Positions 9,270 through 20,640 are shown, counted from the first letter of the stretch. The stretch is DNA of 64,000 nucleotides from Candidatus Moraniibacteriota bacterium (GCA_052035095.1 JBPOHW010000002.1:11405-75404); one strand, 5' to 3'. Numbers and translations: made by a program. The notes: a model not told the origin generated them from the sequence alone.

Positions 9270-9911
9270 TTAATTAAACTTCTCTCCGCGATACAGCCAT
9301 ACCTTGACTCCGATCGCCCCATAGGTCGTCCGCGCCGTCGCCTTTGAAAAATCGATATCCGCGCGAAGCGTATGGAGCGGGAGCGTCCCTCGAGAAAGCC
9401 ATTCTCGTCTCGACATTTCCGCGCCGCCCAATCGCCCGGATACTTCAATCTTCACTCCGCGAATCGAGCGATTCTTTTCCACTTGATCAAGCGTCCCTTT
9501 CAAAACCCGGCGAAACGGAAGTCGACGTTCAAGTTGTTCCGCAACTTGCTCCGCCACGAGATGTGCGTTCTCTTCGAAATGCTTCACTTCCTGCACATCC
9601 ACTTTGAGATCGACTCGACGACCGGCAAAAAATCGCCGCTTTATAACGCGCGTCAAATCTTCGATTCCGGTTCCGCCGCGACCGATAAGAACGCCGGGTC
9701 GAGACGTACCAATCACGAGGCGAACCGCTCCCGACGACCGCTCGATTTCAACCCCGGCTATTCCCGCGGCCTTCCATGTTTCCATAACAAACTCGCGAAT
9801 CGCAATATCTTCGCGAAGGTGTTTCTGGTACAACTTCCCGCCAAACCACCGCGACTTCCACAGCGCCGTGATACCGATTCGCATGCCGATTGGATTTGCT
9901 TTATGACCCAT
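9270..9911 (-). CDS. rpsC: 30S ribosomal protein S3
   Basis: MGHKANPIGMRIGI... KH domain + S3 C-terminal domain. Confidence 0.95.
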   Translation of the reverse strand: MGHKANPIGMRIGITALWKSRWFGGKLYQKHLREDIAIREFVMETWKAAGIAGVEIERSSGAVRLVIGTSRPGVLIGRGGTGIEDLTRVIKRRFFAGRRVDLKVDVQEVKHFEENAHLVAEQVAEQLERRLPFRRVLKGTLDQVEKNRSIRGVKIEVSGRLGGAEMSRREWLSRGTLPLHTLRADIDFSKATARTTYGAIGVKVWLYRGEKFN

Positions 9912-9961
9912 AAGAAACGTGTGCTAGATACCGTACAAAAATTGCATCCGAATATGAAAAC

Positions 9962-10474
9962 TTAGACTGACTTCCGATGAAAGAGCGACCGGGTCGAATG
10001 AGCGCCGGACGGCTTCCCGACTTTCCCCGACGGAGCAACACCCGAAAATCCCACCGACTTCGCCGTTTTTTCATTTTTTTCATGATGTGTTGAGTCCTTT
10101 TTGACACGCTTTTTCTTTGATGCTTTCGCGCGAAGACTCGGGTCCACTTCATTGAGCACGATGCGAATACGCGACATTCGTTTCCAAATGGGAGTCGCTC
10201 GACCCTGCGCGCGCGGCATCCACCGTTTGAGCTTCCTCCCCTCGCCAACCACGACGCGCATCACCACCAAATTTTCCGGAATCGCCCGAAAGTTATGCTC
10301 GGCATTGGCGACAGCACTCGCAAGGAGCTTCCGTATCGGAAGCGCGGCACGCTTCAACTCGCGATCGAGCTGAATCTCCGCCTCTCGAACCGAAAGTCCC
10401 GCAAGCATTTTTGAAACAACCGATACTTTTCGGGGAGAAATTCGTATATTGTTGAGACTGGCTTCTATGTTCAT
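9962..10474 (-). CDS. rplV: 50S ribosomal protein L22 (with basic C-terminal extension)
   Basis: L22 core (ISPRKVSVVSKMLAGLSVREAE...) followed by ~50-aa K/S-rich tail. Confidence 0.9.
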   Translation of the reverse strand: MNIEASLNNIRISPRKVSVVSKMLAGLSVREAEIQLDRELKRAALPIRKLLASAVANAEHNFRAIPENLVVMRVVVGEGRKLKRWMPRAQGRATPIWKRMSRIRIVLNEVDPSLRAKASKKKRVKKDSTHHEKNEKTAKSVGFSGVAPSGKVGKPSGAHSTRSLFHRKSV

Positions 10475-10492
10475 AGGTCGGCAATTCTTTCG

Positions 10493-10840
10493 TTATTTCT
10501 TCTTCCCACCGGCGGGAGCGGCCTTGGCTGCCTTGGACACTTCCACCTCTTTTTGCTTGGCGGCCGTCTCGATTTCTTTCTGCATCTTTCCTCCGTGACG
10601 AGTAAACTTCCGTGTCGGAGAAAATTCGCCCAGTCGATGTCCTACCATATCCTCGGTCACATAGACGGAAATAAAATCCTTTCCGTTGTGCACCGCGAAG
10701 GTAACTCCGATCATTTCGGGCGTAATCACGCAGGCGCGAGACCACGTCTTGATAGCGCTTCGATCAGTCGGTTTGCGATTTCTCACTTTCGCGAGAACCC
10801 GCTCATCGATATAGGGACCTTTTTTGAGACTTCGAGACAT
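10493..10840 (-). CDS. rpsS: 30S ribosomal protein S19 (with Lys/Ala tail)
   Basis: [19 protein letters not shown]...[24 protein letters not shown]19 signature. Confidence 0.95.
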   Translation of the reverse strand: MSRSLKKGPYIDERVLAKVRNRKPTDRSAIKTWSRACVITPEMIGVTFAVHNGKDFISVYVTEDMVGHRLGEFSPTRKFTRHGGKMQKEIETAAKQKEVEVSKAAKAAPAGGKKK

Positions 10841-10857
10841 AAAAACTCTTTTCCAAA

Positions 10858-11703
10858 TTATTTCCTCGTCTTCTTAAAGCGACGCTTGATGATGTATTGA
10901 TTCGTCGGATTCTTTCTTCGCCGCGTCTTCTTGCCGAGCGCCGGCTTTCCCCACGGGGTCTTGGGATGCATACCGAGCGGTTGCCGCCCTTCGCCTCCTC
11001 CGTGCGGATGATCCACGGGATTCATTGCCGTTCCTCGAACCGCGGGTCGTCGCCCCTTCCATCGGCTTCGTCCCGCCTTTCCAATCCGTTCCACGCCGTG
11101 TTCGAAATTGCTCACTCCGCCCACGGTAGCATAGCATTCGACATTCACCAAGCGAATCTCTCCAGAAGAAAGCCGCACCTGAGCCTTTTCCCCCTCAACG
11201 GAAAGCAGGGTCGCGCTCGATCCGGCACTCCGAGCAATCTTTCCCCCTTTTTCGGGAAAAAACTCTACGTTTGAGATGGTCGTCCCAGCTGGAATGTTCT
11301 TGATCGGGAGGCGATTCCCGGGAGAAACAGGTGCGTGTGGTCCCGCTATGACCTCTTGCCCCGCGGAGACTCCTGCGGCGGCAAGGACATACGCTCTTGC
11401 GCCGTTTGCATACTGGAGACGTGCAATCAACCCCGATCGATTCGGATCCTTTTCAATTGAGAGCACGGTAGCCGGAACATCCGCGTGCGTTGTTTCAAAG
11501 AAATCAACGACTCGATATCGACGCTTATGTCCGCCTCCTCGATGACGAATGGAAATTTTCCCATGCGAGCGTCCGGACTTCTTGGAAAGCGGCGCCGTAA
11601 GAGATCGTTCCGGGCGCGTTATGTCGCGACTCACTGCATCGGGCTTTACCACCGACATATTCCGCCGACCCGCCGTATTTTTTCGATAAATATGAATTGC
11701 CAT
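10858..11703 (-). CDS. rplB: 50S ribosomal protein L2
   Basis: 281 aa; L2 signature [10 protein letters not shown]... HGGGEGR. Confidence 0.95.
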   Translation of the reverse strand: MAIHIYRKNTAGRRNMSVVKPDAVSRDITRPERSLTAPLSKKSGRSHGKISIRHRGGGHKRRYRVVDFFETTHADVPATVLSIEKDPNRSGLIARLQYANGARAYVLAAAGVSAGQEVIAGPHAPVSPGNRLPIKNIPAGTTISNVEFFPEKGGKIARSAGSSATLLSVEGEKAQVRLSSGEIRLVNVECYATVGGVSNFEHGVERIGKAGRSRWKGRRPAVRGTAMNPVDHPHGGGEGRQPLGMHPKTPWGKPALGKKTRRRKNPTNQYIIKRRFKKTRK

Positions 11704-11721
11704 ACGTAAGGAGTTTTGAAG

Positions 11722-12042
11722 CTAGACGCCCTTAAAGAGTTCAATGCTCTCGCCCTTTTTGAGGGTCACTATCGCTTTTTTGAGGGCAACCTTCCAACCA
11801 ACCTTTTGTCCAAACACTCGTCGTTTTTTCGGTATCCGCACCATATTGACATGCGTCACCGAAACTCCATACACACGCTCGACTGCCAATCGCACCTGTT
11901 GTTTCGTAGCGGAAGGTATCACCTGAAAGACATATTTCCCAACCGACAGCGAGAGATGCGCCTTCTCGGTCATCCGAGGACGAAGGAGTACCTGCGAATC
12001 TTTTTCGGTGGGAGACGATTTTTTGGATATTTCCTTGGTCAT
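11722..12042 (-). CDS. rplW: 50S ribosomal protein L23
   Basis: 106 aa; LRPRMTEKA...KYVFQV... L23 pattern; position between rplD and rplB. Confidence 0.9.
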   Translation of the reverse strand: MTKEISKKSSPTEKDSQVLLRPRMTEKAHLSLSVGKYVFQVIPSATKQQVRLAVERVYGVSVTHVNMVRIPKKRRVFGQKVGWKVALKKAIVTLKKGESIELFKGV

Positions 12043-12695
12043 ACGGTTTTCGTGGACGGTATTTCATGGAGACAACGCTTTTCTATATCCCCGATCGACG
12101 CCTCGCTCACCAAGAAAAATCGGCAACCGAGGAGCTCCTTGGCATTCACGGTGTGCGCTGAAATGGGTGAAACTCCCGGGATATTCCGGCTCGCTCGACC
12201 GATACCACTCTCCCCGGGCGTAAAGGCGAGAAGCGTGCTTTTACCGGACATATCGAGGGCACGAAGTGAACGCGCGACGACCGTCGTCTTCCATTCCGGC
12301 AAAACGAAGGATTCGACAACTCGAATCGTCTTGTTTCGAACCTTTTCGCTCAAGGCGAGCATCATCGCTTTTCGTCGAGCTTTTTGATTGATTTTTTTTG
12401 AAAAATTTCGATCGGATTTCGGACCGAAAACGACGCCGCCCTTTCGCCAAAGAGGACTCCGGACACTGCCGGCGCGAGCGCGACCCGTATGCTTTTGCTT
12501 CCACGGCTTCTTTCCGGAACCCGCTCGCTCTCCGCGACCCTTGGTATGCGCGAACACCCCCCGTTCATTCGCCGAGAGCGACACATACACCTCATGAAGC
12601 AAGGTATCGTTCTTTGGAAGCGCAAAAACTCGATCGTCAAGCGTTATCGATCGAATTTCTTTTCCCGCAAGATTGTAGACCGGAAGTACCGCCAT
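12039..12695 (-). CDS. rplD: 50S ribosomal protein L4
   Basis: 218 aa; L4 family (HTKGRGERAGSGKKPWKQKHTGRAR); stop overlaps rplW start. Confidence 0.9.
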   Translation of the reverse strand: MAVLPVYNLAGKEIRSITLDDRVFALPKNDTLLHEVYVSLSANERGVFAHTKGRGERAGSGKKPWKQKHTGRARAGSVRSPLWRKGGVVFGPKSDRNFSKKINQKARRKAMMLALSEKVRNKTIRVVESFVLPEWKTTVVARSLRALDMSGKSTLLAFTPGESGIGRASRNIPGVSPISAHTVNAKELLGCRFFLVSEASIGDIEKRCLHEIPSTKTV

Positions 12696-12701
12696 ACTGT
12701 T

Positions 12702-13298
12702 TTACTTTGTTGATCGTATTTCCACCACACTCCCGACAATGCCGGGTACGGCGCCGCGAACTCCAATTAACTTTCGTTTCGGATCAATATATGAAATAGA
12801 AAGATTTTTCGTCGTCGCCCGCACCCCCCCCATACGTCCCGCCATGCGCATACCCTTGATAACATGCTGAGGGAAAGTCGCCCCGATTGAACCGGGCGCG
12901 CGAAGGTCGTGTTTGTGTCCATGAGTTTTCGGCGCGCCTTTGAACCCGTGTCGTTTGACAACCCCTTGGAATCCTTTTGCCTTTGAAATGCCGGAAACGG
13001 AAACGCGCTCTCCGACGGAAAAATTTTCAACAGACACTGTCGCCTCAATCGGAAGCGCCTCAAGTATAGCGGAAACCTCCGATTCGGACACTTTCGTATC
13101 AAGTCGAAATTCACGCCGAACGTTTTTTCGAACCGTTTTCGGCATCTCGAACTGTACCGCCGAATAGCCATCGCGCTCCGGGGTTCGAACAAGCGTCACC
13201 CGATTGATATCGCATTCGAGCAACGTCACATTCCTCGCCCCCTTCTCCGGGTCGTGAATCGTCGTCATGCCAAGTTTTTTTCCCAAAAGAAATTTCAT
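12702..13298 (-). CDS. rplC: 50S ribosomal protein L3
   Basis: MKFLLGKKLGMTTIHD... L3 N-terminus. Confidence 0.95.
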   Translation of the reverse strand: MKFLLGKKLGMTTIHDPEKGARNVTLLECDINRVTLVRTPERDGYSAVQFEMPKTVRKNVRREFRLDTKVSESEVSAILEALPIEATVSVENFSVGERVSVSGISKAKGFQGVVKRHGFKGAPKTHGHKHDLRAPGSIGATFPQHVIKGMRMAGRMGGVRATTKNLSISYIDPKRKLIGVRGAVPGIVGSVVEIRSTK

Positions 13299-13560
13299 AG
13301 AAACAAAAAAACCGGTCTACGCCAGTCCCATAAAATAAGCACGCAAATGCCTCTTGTGGTCCCGCTATAGTATCCGCACTCTCCACCCTTTCTCCTCGCA
13401 TCCCGAGAGTCGGACTTTTACACGAGTTGTCATTTTCTGAAGGCTTTCAAATTTGAGTACAGTTCAAGGAAGATGTGAAGCACGGGGTAAGCCGTATGTA
13501 GACATACGGTGTCGAGTACTGGAACATCTGACGCGGAAATGTGCCAAATTTGAAAGTCTT

Positions 13561-13890
13561 CTACATTTTAATCTCGATGTCTACTCCCGCCGGCAGATCC
13601 AAATTCGTAAGATGATCCACGGTCTTTGCGGTCGGGTTCACAATATCCACCACGCGCTTATGCACTCGCATTTCATACTGATCGCGCGCGTTTTTGTGCA
13701 CAAACGAAGAACGGTTCACGGTCACTCGATGCGTCTCGGTCGGCAATGGCACAGGCCCGACGACACCGGCACCGGTCCGTTCGGCCGTCTCCACAATCTT
13801 CCTCGCCGTCTGATCGATAACCTTGTGATCGTACGCCTTAATCTTGATGCGCACCCGATTGAGCGCTCCCGCCGGTTCCGTCTTCTTCAT
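13561..13890 (-). CDS. rpsJ: 30S ribosomal protein S10
   Basis: [30 protein letters not shown]10 signature. Confidence 0.95.
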   Translation of the reverse strand: MKKTEPAGALNRVRIKIKAYDHKVIDQTARKIVETAERTGAGVVGPVPLPTETHRVTVNRSSFVHKNARDQYEMRVHKRVVDIVNPTAKTVDHLTNLDLPAGVDIEIKM

Positions 13891-14015
13891 GGAGGTGTTC
13901 TCTCGAAATAAAACGATCCGTTCCGCGAAAATCCCAGATAGAAACTTCGATACCTGCCTTTTTCGGGGAACAGTGGCGAGCCGAAGACTGTTTCGACTCG
14001 CTCTTTTCCTCGAAA

Positions 14016-15206
<1,191 letters not shown>

Positions 15207-15354
15207 AGGTGTGGCCCGAGAAGTCCAAACTTCCTTCAAGAAGAAGTTTCGGAAACCTCCTCGCGTAACGCTTAACGATTTATATATTTCATACTACACG
15301 ATTTCCCCCTCGCTACGAAAGAGAAACACTCGGCGAAATCCGAGCACTTGTGCG

Positions 15355-15383
15355 AGTTTAGCAACCATCAACTTCTTTGTCAA
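15355..15383 (-). promoter_or_regulatory. sigma70-like promoter candidate upstream of tuf (TTGACA-17 nt-TAAACT on minus strand)
   Basis: Read directly on the reverse complement; ~150 nt upstream of tuf ATG. Confidence 0.3.
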
Positions 15384-15447
15384 GGACGTGTATGCGTCCA
15401 CCCATTTTCGCACCCTATCTATCGACTCGAATCCCACCTCGTAGGGC

Positions 15448-15480
15448 AATACAACAATCCCGCTGAGCGGGATTGTTTTC
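15448..15480 (+). terminator. terminator-like hairpin CAATCCCGC-tgag-GCGGGATTG followed by TTTTCTT (plus orientation; could act bidirectionally)
   Basis: Perfect 9-bp stem and T-run seen in sequence; sits in ORF-poor region upstream of tuf. Confidence 0.45.
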
Positions 15481-16135
15481 TTGACTCCCTCTTGACAGAA
15501 GTGCTTATGGGTCTAAGCAGTACGCGCTGTATAACTTACGAAAAAAGAAAAGGCGTCTCACTCTATAGAGAAGAAACGCCTCATTTGCATTCAGCGAATA
15601 CATTGAATCCGCCGAGGAATTAAGAGTCCTGGATACCTCCGGGGAGCTTTACAGCCCATCTTCATAGGCGTACCAGGAGCTCATCTGCCACCAGCCATTA
15701 TCACGCTACATACCCTCGTTGCCAAGAGGTGTACGCGTGGGCGGTCCAAAGCTTCGGTGTCAACTCCGAACGGAGTGACTTCTCTTGATTAAAAGAACCT
15801 TAGCTATTGGTCTGGGTTTGAACTGCCCTTCCCTAAGTCGTTCCCCCTCGCAGCCCTCCTTTTCCAGGAGAGCTATACATGATGAGCACCTGCAATATAG
15901 CATAGCTTCACAACTGACACAATAGTTTAACCTAAAGAATCGATTCAAACATTCATTCTGGGGGAAAGAGCTTCAGAAAAGTCTTTATTTTAAGGTATCG
16001 ACTGACAGAGCGTCTTTCGAAATCTGAGAGTGTGGATACGAAAGGGAAAAAACAGGGGCAGAAAAAAAGCCAATCACCCCTTTTCATGATCATAGAGTTT
16101 CACTCCGAGAAATGCAGAGACTTCTAATGCTGGTT

Positions 16136-16172
16136 TAAAAAAGAAAAGGCCACTGGGCGATACCATGTGGCA
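16136..16172 (-). terminator. rho-independent terminator of 16221..16808 gene; loop ATGGTATCGCCCA shared with terminator at 27484..27518
   Basis: GCCAC-ATGGTATCGCCCA-GTGGC + CTTTTCTTTTTT on minus strand. Confidence 0.5.
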
Positions 16173-16220
16173 TAAGACAACTTCGTCTGGAGGGCAAACA
16201 AAATTAGCCGTTCGAATTGA

Positions 16221-16808
16221 TCACATACTTTTGATGGTTGACTCGTAGAGAAGGCGGCCATCGCAACCAACACCGCCCCCGAAGCATTTCTGTTTCATAC
16301 ATTCCCGTTCTTGGAACTCTGATTCGGAAAGTGCGGTCTTGCCACCTATCGCAAGATTTATGGTCGGTAAGTTGTACTTCCTGACAATCCGCGCGAGAAG
16401 TTCGGGTTTCACCACCTTGTAGTGACAACCTCTGTGAGTCTCGTAGACATCGAACTGACTCGGGTTACAACACTCGCCCTCCGACAAGATACCGAGATGC
16501 CGCAACGCGAGGGCTACACTGAAGTCGCCTCCGTTATGGGATTGCCACTGCCAGTAGCCGCCGAGACCATTCACCACCATGCGCCACGCATACACCCGAA
16601 GAGAATAATCCGACAGGAAGAATGCTCCGATCGCAAACTGTGCGTTGTAGTAGGAGGGGTGCCCTCGTTCCCACTCGCCAATAAGCGCGAGAGCAGCTGT
16701 GATTGCCTCACAATTCCCTTCAATCTCTTGCGTCGCCAGAGCACGGGTGACGACGTCCACTGCGTATTCTTGCCACCTTGAAAAGTCTTTCACAAACTTC
16801 TCCTCCAA
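16221..16808 (-). CDS. hypothetical protein (Cys/Trp/Gly-rich, repeated GG.W motifs)
   Basis: 195-aa ORF with own terminator; no family recognised by eye. Confidence 0.5.
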   Translation of the reverse strand: MEEKFVKDFSRWQEYAVDVVTRALATQEIEGNCEAITAALALIGEWERGHPSYYNAQFAIGAFFLSDYSLRVYAWRMVVNGLGGYWQWQSHNGGDFSVALALRHLGILSEGECCNPSQFDVYETHRGCHYKVVKPELLARIVRKYNLPTINLAIGGKTALSESEFQERECMKQKCFGGGVGCDGRLLYESTIKSM

Positions 16809-16989
16809 GAGGTCGCCACAGAATACCGTGGCCGCAGAACTACAAAAGAACTTCGGAAACCAGCTTCTCAGAATTTGGTTCGATAGTCAATGCTCCATTC
16901 TCTGAGCTCTACCTCCATTACCTCTTTTTTAAAAAAGCTAAAAGGGTTCAGGCGCTCTTAGTGAACACAGCGCAATTGTAAGAGTCTCT

Positions 16990-17322
16990 TCACTGCTTTT
17001 TGTAAAAAGCAAAAAGAAGATAATGAAGCGCCAAGGCAAGGATTGACCAGTAGAGAGCAAACACGACGGCAACGAACGGAGGTGGCGGATCATCGTGAAA
17101 TATTTTGATAAAGGCAAAAGGTCCTATCAAGACAACTTTGATGGGATATGAAATATGATATCCGACACTCTTCCAAGCTATTGGTGAATCCGTTCCCAAG
17201 AAAGACTCTTCGTTCCAGGGGAAGACCCTGGCTTCTAGTCCAAAAAGCGCATTCGAGAGAAACATAAAGGCGAACGCGGAAACGAGGAAAAGAATAACAA
17301 ATTTTGTCCTTGAAATATTCAT
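16990..17322 (-). CDS. hypothetical small membrane protein
   Basis: 110 aa, two hydrophobic helices. Confidence 0.4.
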   Translation of the reverse strand: MNISRTKFVILFLVSAFAFMFLSNALFGLEARVFPWNEESFLGTDSPIAWKSVGYHISYPIKVVLIGPFAFIKIFHDDPPPPFVAVVFALYWSILALALHYLLFAFYKKQ

Positions 17323-17521
17323 AATAGTCCAATCATATCGCGCACCGAATCCCTTGTGCTGGCCCCTCTCACCAGATTCAGGCTTTCACCTCAATCTTAT
17401 CACAAATTCACCTTGCAAGAGCAGGTTATAACCACTCCCCATATCCGCACAACCAAAACAAAAAACCACAAGACAAACCGGTGACAGTCTATATTTGTGG
17501 TTTTTGTTCCTGCTCAGTTTT

Positions 17522-17902
17522 CTATCCTTCTACTTCAACTTGAAAACCGCCGTAAGCCATTCGCTTCATATCAAAAGGCATCACCATATCTTTAAATTCT
17601 TCCGCCTTCTTTCCCATCTCTTCCATCACTTTCGCATTGACCTCATCTCGATGTTCTCTGGATTTAAAGACGATGAAGGAAAACCACACCGCATCTTCAC
17701 CCGTCGCCCCGGTCATCTCGGGAAATGCCCGCGCTCTTTCGCCGCCCATTTCCTGCGGAACCAGATCGTCGCCTCGACATTCATAATATTCAAGCGCGCC
17801 ATACTTCATCCACATATCGCGGCCATCTTCTGCCATTTTCTTGTACTCTTCAACCTTGCCCTTTGGAACGACAAGTACAAATCCGTCTACATATTTTGCC
17901 AT
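17522..17902 (-). CDS. DUF1428-like protein
   Basis: MAKYVDGFVLVVPKGKVEEYKKMAE... resembles DUF1428/YbaA-type N-terminus; 126 aa. Confidence 0.5.
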   Translation of the reverse strand: MAKYVDGFVLVVPKGKVEEYKKMAEDGRDMWMKYGALEYYECRGDDLVPQEMGGERARAFPEMTGATGEDAVWFSFIVFKSREHRDEVNAKVMEEMGKKAEEFKDMVMPFDMKRMAYGGFQVEVEG

Positions 17903-17988
17903 ACTGTATTCACCGCCTTTCTAAGAGAGAGTTAAAAAAGTCTCTTTCATAAAAGCCTCCCCCGCCCTGCTATTCACTTTATACCTCC

Positions 17989-18654
17989 TCAAACCAACTG
18001 TTTCAACTTTCCCACAAAATCATCGGGACTGAAAATTTGCAGAATATCGAAACCTCGTCTTTGATAAGAGTCAACTTCATACGCGCAATCGTCTATAAGC
18101 GCCACTTCTTCACATCTCAAAGCATTCTCTTTCAAATACTTGTCAAAAAACGGGATTCGATCGGGATTTCGTTCGTCCACATCCTGCTTGAGTACTTTCA
18201 ACTCGAAAGAATTCAACACATCGTCAAAATATTTCTCAAGCCCCAAAGCCGGCACCGTAAACCGCGTGAACGTGTCCATATTATCCGTTGCGATGACGCA
18301 TTTCGTTCCACTGTCTCTCAGCTTTTTGACAAGCGGAAGAATGTCCTCGGAAACCAAACGCATTGACTCGCAACTCTCTTTGAGATCCTGAAAGATGGTG
18401 TCTCGAGAATATCCGAAACGATCGGCGAGCATCGTAGAGATTTCTTCCGCGTTCATTTTTCCTCGCATCCACTCCATCACCACCGGCATATTCTCGCCAA
18501 GCAGATATCGAAAAAGGGGAGCATACCACTCATGCCGCGGATGCTCGGGATTTTCCCACTGATCCCAAAACAAGGACGTCGACAGCGTATTGTGCCAATC
18601 GAAGAAGACAGTTTTGTATTTCTTACACGTCTTCACAAGGAGTTCTTTGTCCAC
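17989..18654 (-). CDS. HAD-superfamily hydrolase-like protein
   Basis: 221 aa; motif I-like VFFDWHNTL near N-terminus, C-terminal IDD (motif IV-like); its 5' end and upstream region are duplicated at 27.3-27.5 kb. Confidence 0.5.
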   Translation of the reverse strand: MDKELLVKTCKKYKTVFFDWHNTLSTSLFWDQWENPEHPRHEWYAPLFRYLLGENMPVVMEWMRGKMNAEEISTMLADRFGYSRDTIFQDLKESCESMRLVSEDILPLVKKLRDSGTKCVIATDNMDTFTRFTVPALGLEKYFDDVLNSFELKVLKQDVDERNPDRIPFFDKYLKENALRCEEVALIDDCAYEVDSYQRRGFDILQIFSPDDFVGKLKQLV

Positions 18655-18745
18655 ATAATTACGCCCGTATTATTTCCGGCTGAAAAAACTGCTCCTGAAG
18701 ATTCGTCCCTTTCCCATAGAAAGAGAGTAGCACAAAATTCACCAT

Positions 18746-18779
18746 GAAAAAAAGCCCTGACAATTTGACTGTCAGGGCT
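18746..18779 (-). terminator. terminator of 18804..19580 gene
   Basis: AGCCCTGACA...TGTCAGGGCT hairpin preceded by A-run on plus (T-run on minus). Confidence 0.5.
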
Positions 18780-18803
18780 ATGTAAACGCACTAAATTCTG
18801 ATT

Positions 18804-19580
18804 CTAATGTGTCTGATGTGCGGCAATGGTTGAGAGGTATGGACCAAGTTGCGGAAGGTGCTCCAGCAAATACCGTTCCGCTCCCGGAAATCCAAGGCGA
18901 TCATCCAATAAACCACCCGACGCAGAGAACACTTGCAATGCCCGATCCGCGGACACAATGCCGAGCTCATACTGGAGGAGACTCTCCGTCGTCATACGCG
19001 AGACGAGGACTTGTCCATCAACATTTCCAGCTCGTCCCATTGATACAAACGCAAAGCCCCCCTTCACAACACCAACTGAATCATCTCGCACCGGAAACAC
19101 CAAGTACAGCTTGTGATTTCGGTTAGATGACTCAACCAACAACATCGCCTTCAGAGGCAACGTTCCATACGGTCCGAAAACCTCCGCCCCATCCAGTTGA
19201 GTACAACAGCGTCCCGCGTGTTGCGGCAAGCTGTAGACCACAACCACCAAGACAGTATCGGAATCAAAGTAAATAGGAAAAGGAGGTATCTCACTTCCAT
19301 ACTTGATCACCGAAGAATATACATCGGTTTTTTCAACAAGACCTCGCATGCCAACAGCAATAGGCTCAATGGCATCCGAAAACTCACGCAAGCCTCTGCG
19401 CCGGATAACATCATCGAGGAGTTTTTCCGCGGATTCACGCCCCCTCTCACGAAGCTCTCGATGATAGAAAGAGCTTGGACTCACCCTTAAAGAGTCTTCA
19501 TATTGGTCGACGGTCGACTTCAGCTCGCCACTTCCAATAAGACGATCAAGAATTTCCAAAACACTGTGTGCCTGCGCCAT
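18804..19580 (-). CDS. hypothetical protein
   Basis: 258-aa ORF; no family recognised. Confidence 0.5.
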   Translation of the reverse strand: MAQAHSVLEILDRLIGSGELKSTVDQYEDSLRVSPSSFYHRELRERGRESAEKLLDDVIRRRGLREFSDAIEPIAVGMRGLVEKTDVYSSVIKYGSEIPPFPIYFDSDTVLVVVVYSLPQHAGRCCTQLDGAEVFGPYGTLPLKAMLLVESSNRNHKLYLVFPVRDDSVGVVKGGFAFVSMGRAGNVDGQVLVSRMTTESLLQYELGIVSADRALQVFSASGGLLDDRLGFPGAERYLLEHLPQLGPYLSTIAAHQTH

Positions 19581-19698
19581 TTTGTCACCTCACATTCGCC
19601 TTAAGGAACCACAAAAACCACGGTGTCCATTTGGACTCCACACATTATCATATACTTCCAACTTTGTCCAGACACCGTTATAAATAAAAAGGAGAAGA

Positions 19699-19808
19699 CA
19701 AAAGGAGTCAGTCGCCCTTTTTAGCTTCTTTACCTTTCCTCCTCCGCACTCTACCCCAAAACCCCAAGAAAAAACACGCCCTCTCGAATGCGCTTTTCGT
19801 TTGGCTCC
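19699..19808. repeat. ~110-bp upstream element, copy 1 (near-identical to 21473..21588)
   Basis: Long identical runs e.g. AAACCCCAAGAAAAAACAC, CTCTCGAATG.GCTTTTC.TTTGGCTCC shared by both copies. Confidence 0.7.
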
Positions 19809-19971
19809 AAGCACTATAAATGAAGTTCGAACCTGATTTGGAAAACATCCTTATCAAATTTGAGTCGTATAAATACAAAAACCCCGAGACACATCCAGCG
19901 AATCGGGGTTGGTATAATTTACGGAACATCCTCACTCCGTAGTTAGTTAGAGAGTATTCCAGAGCTAGATA

Positions 19972-20640
19972 TTAGTCATCACTACCTTGACTTTCTGCCA
20001 GAATCTTCAAAATCTGGAGGAACAGGTTAATGATATCCAGGTAGAGGCTAATGGCAACGTCAACCGCATTGTCTAGGGTCGCCGGTATCGTGCTAGCCCG
20101 ATACATGTCGAAACCGATGTACAGTGCAAAAATGCCGGCGGCGATGTAGTGGATGATCGTGAAGTGCTGAAGAGCTGGAATAAACAGACTCAGCAACGAC
20201 ACGATCACCAGGCAACTCAAGGCTCCAAACAACGCACCGCCAATACTTTTGTAGAAACTCGGAAACATCAGACCCGTAACGGCCATAATACCAGTAACGG
20301 CGGCCGTCAGAGATGCGGCATCGACAACAAGACCTGGATAGGCCAGGTTATACTTGGCGAGGACCGGGCCGAGAATAGCACCGAGCGGTATGACGACACA
20401 GTTGAAGCCAATGAACGACACAAACGCATTGCTCGAAATTGACAGGAGGATACCGACGATCGGCACCGCCAGACCCCAGCCAAGGATTTCCCATAGACTC
20501 GGTTGCCAACCGGAAGTAGACTCGGCGACAATGTATGTCGCGACGAAGCCCCAGGTCAAAACGCAGCCGAGGACAAGGTAAAAGGCACCACGAGTCATTA
20601 CATCGTTGCCAGTACGGTCGAATACGTCGGATTTGGGCAT
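19972..20640 (-). CDS. Bax inhibitor-1/YccA family membrane protein
   Basis: 7-TM protein; C-terminal FDMYRA...LDNAVDVAISLYLDIINLFLQIL typical of BI-1/YccA; start trimmed to MPKSD (RBS GGAGA upstream). Confidence 0.7.
   Translation of the reverse strand: MPKSDVFDRTGNDVMTRGAFYLVLGCVLTWGFVATYIVAESTSGWQPSLWEILGWGLAVPIVGILLSISSNAFVSFIGFNCVVIPLGAILGPVLAKYNLAYPGLVVDAASLTAAVTGIMAVTGLMFPSFYKSIGGALFGALSCLVIVSLLSLFIPALQHFTIIHYIAAGIFALYIGFDMYRASTIPATLDNAVDVAISLYLDIINLFLQILKILAESQGSDD

Noticed and set aside
15480-16150. tmRNA, RNase P RNA or a tRNA cluster upstream of tuf
   Set aside because: I looked for GGGG...TTCGA...CCACCA ends, the tag-peptide reading frame (ALAA-stop), the P4 and ACAGAA-CCGGCUUA RNase P blocks, and cloverleafs on both strands. 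Only weak partial matches appeared (e.g. ACAGAAGTGCTTATGGGTC), with geometry incompatible with a full RNA not overlapping tuf.
19590-19935. Small ORFs (19590..19814, 19708..19935) within the repeated upstream element
   Set aside because: The frames are not conserved between the two element copies. They are more likely non-coding leader or promoter sequence.
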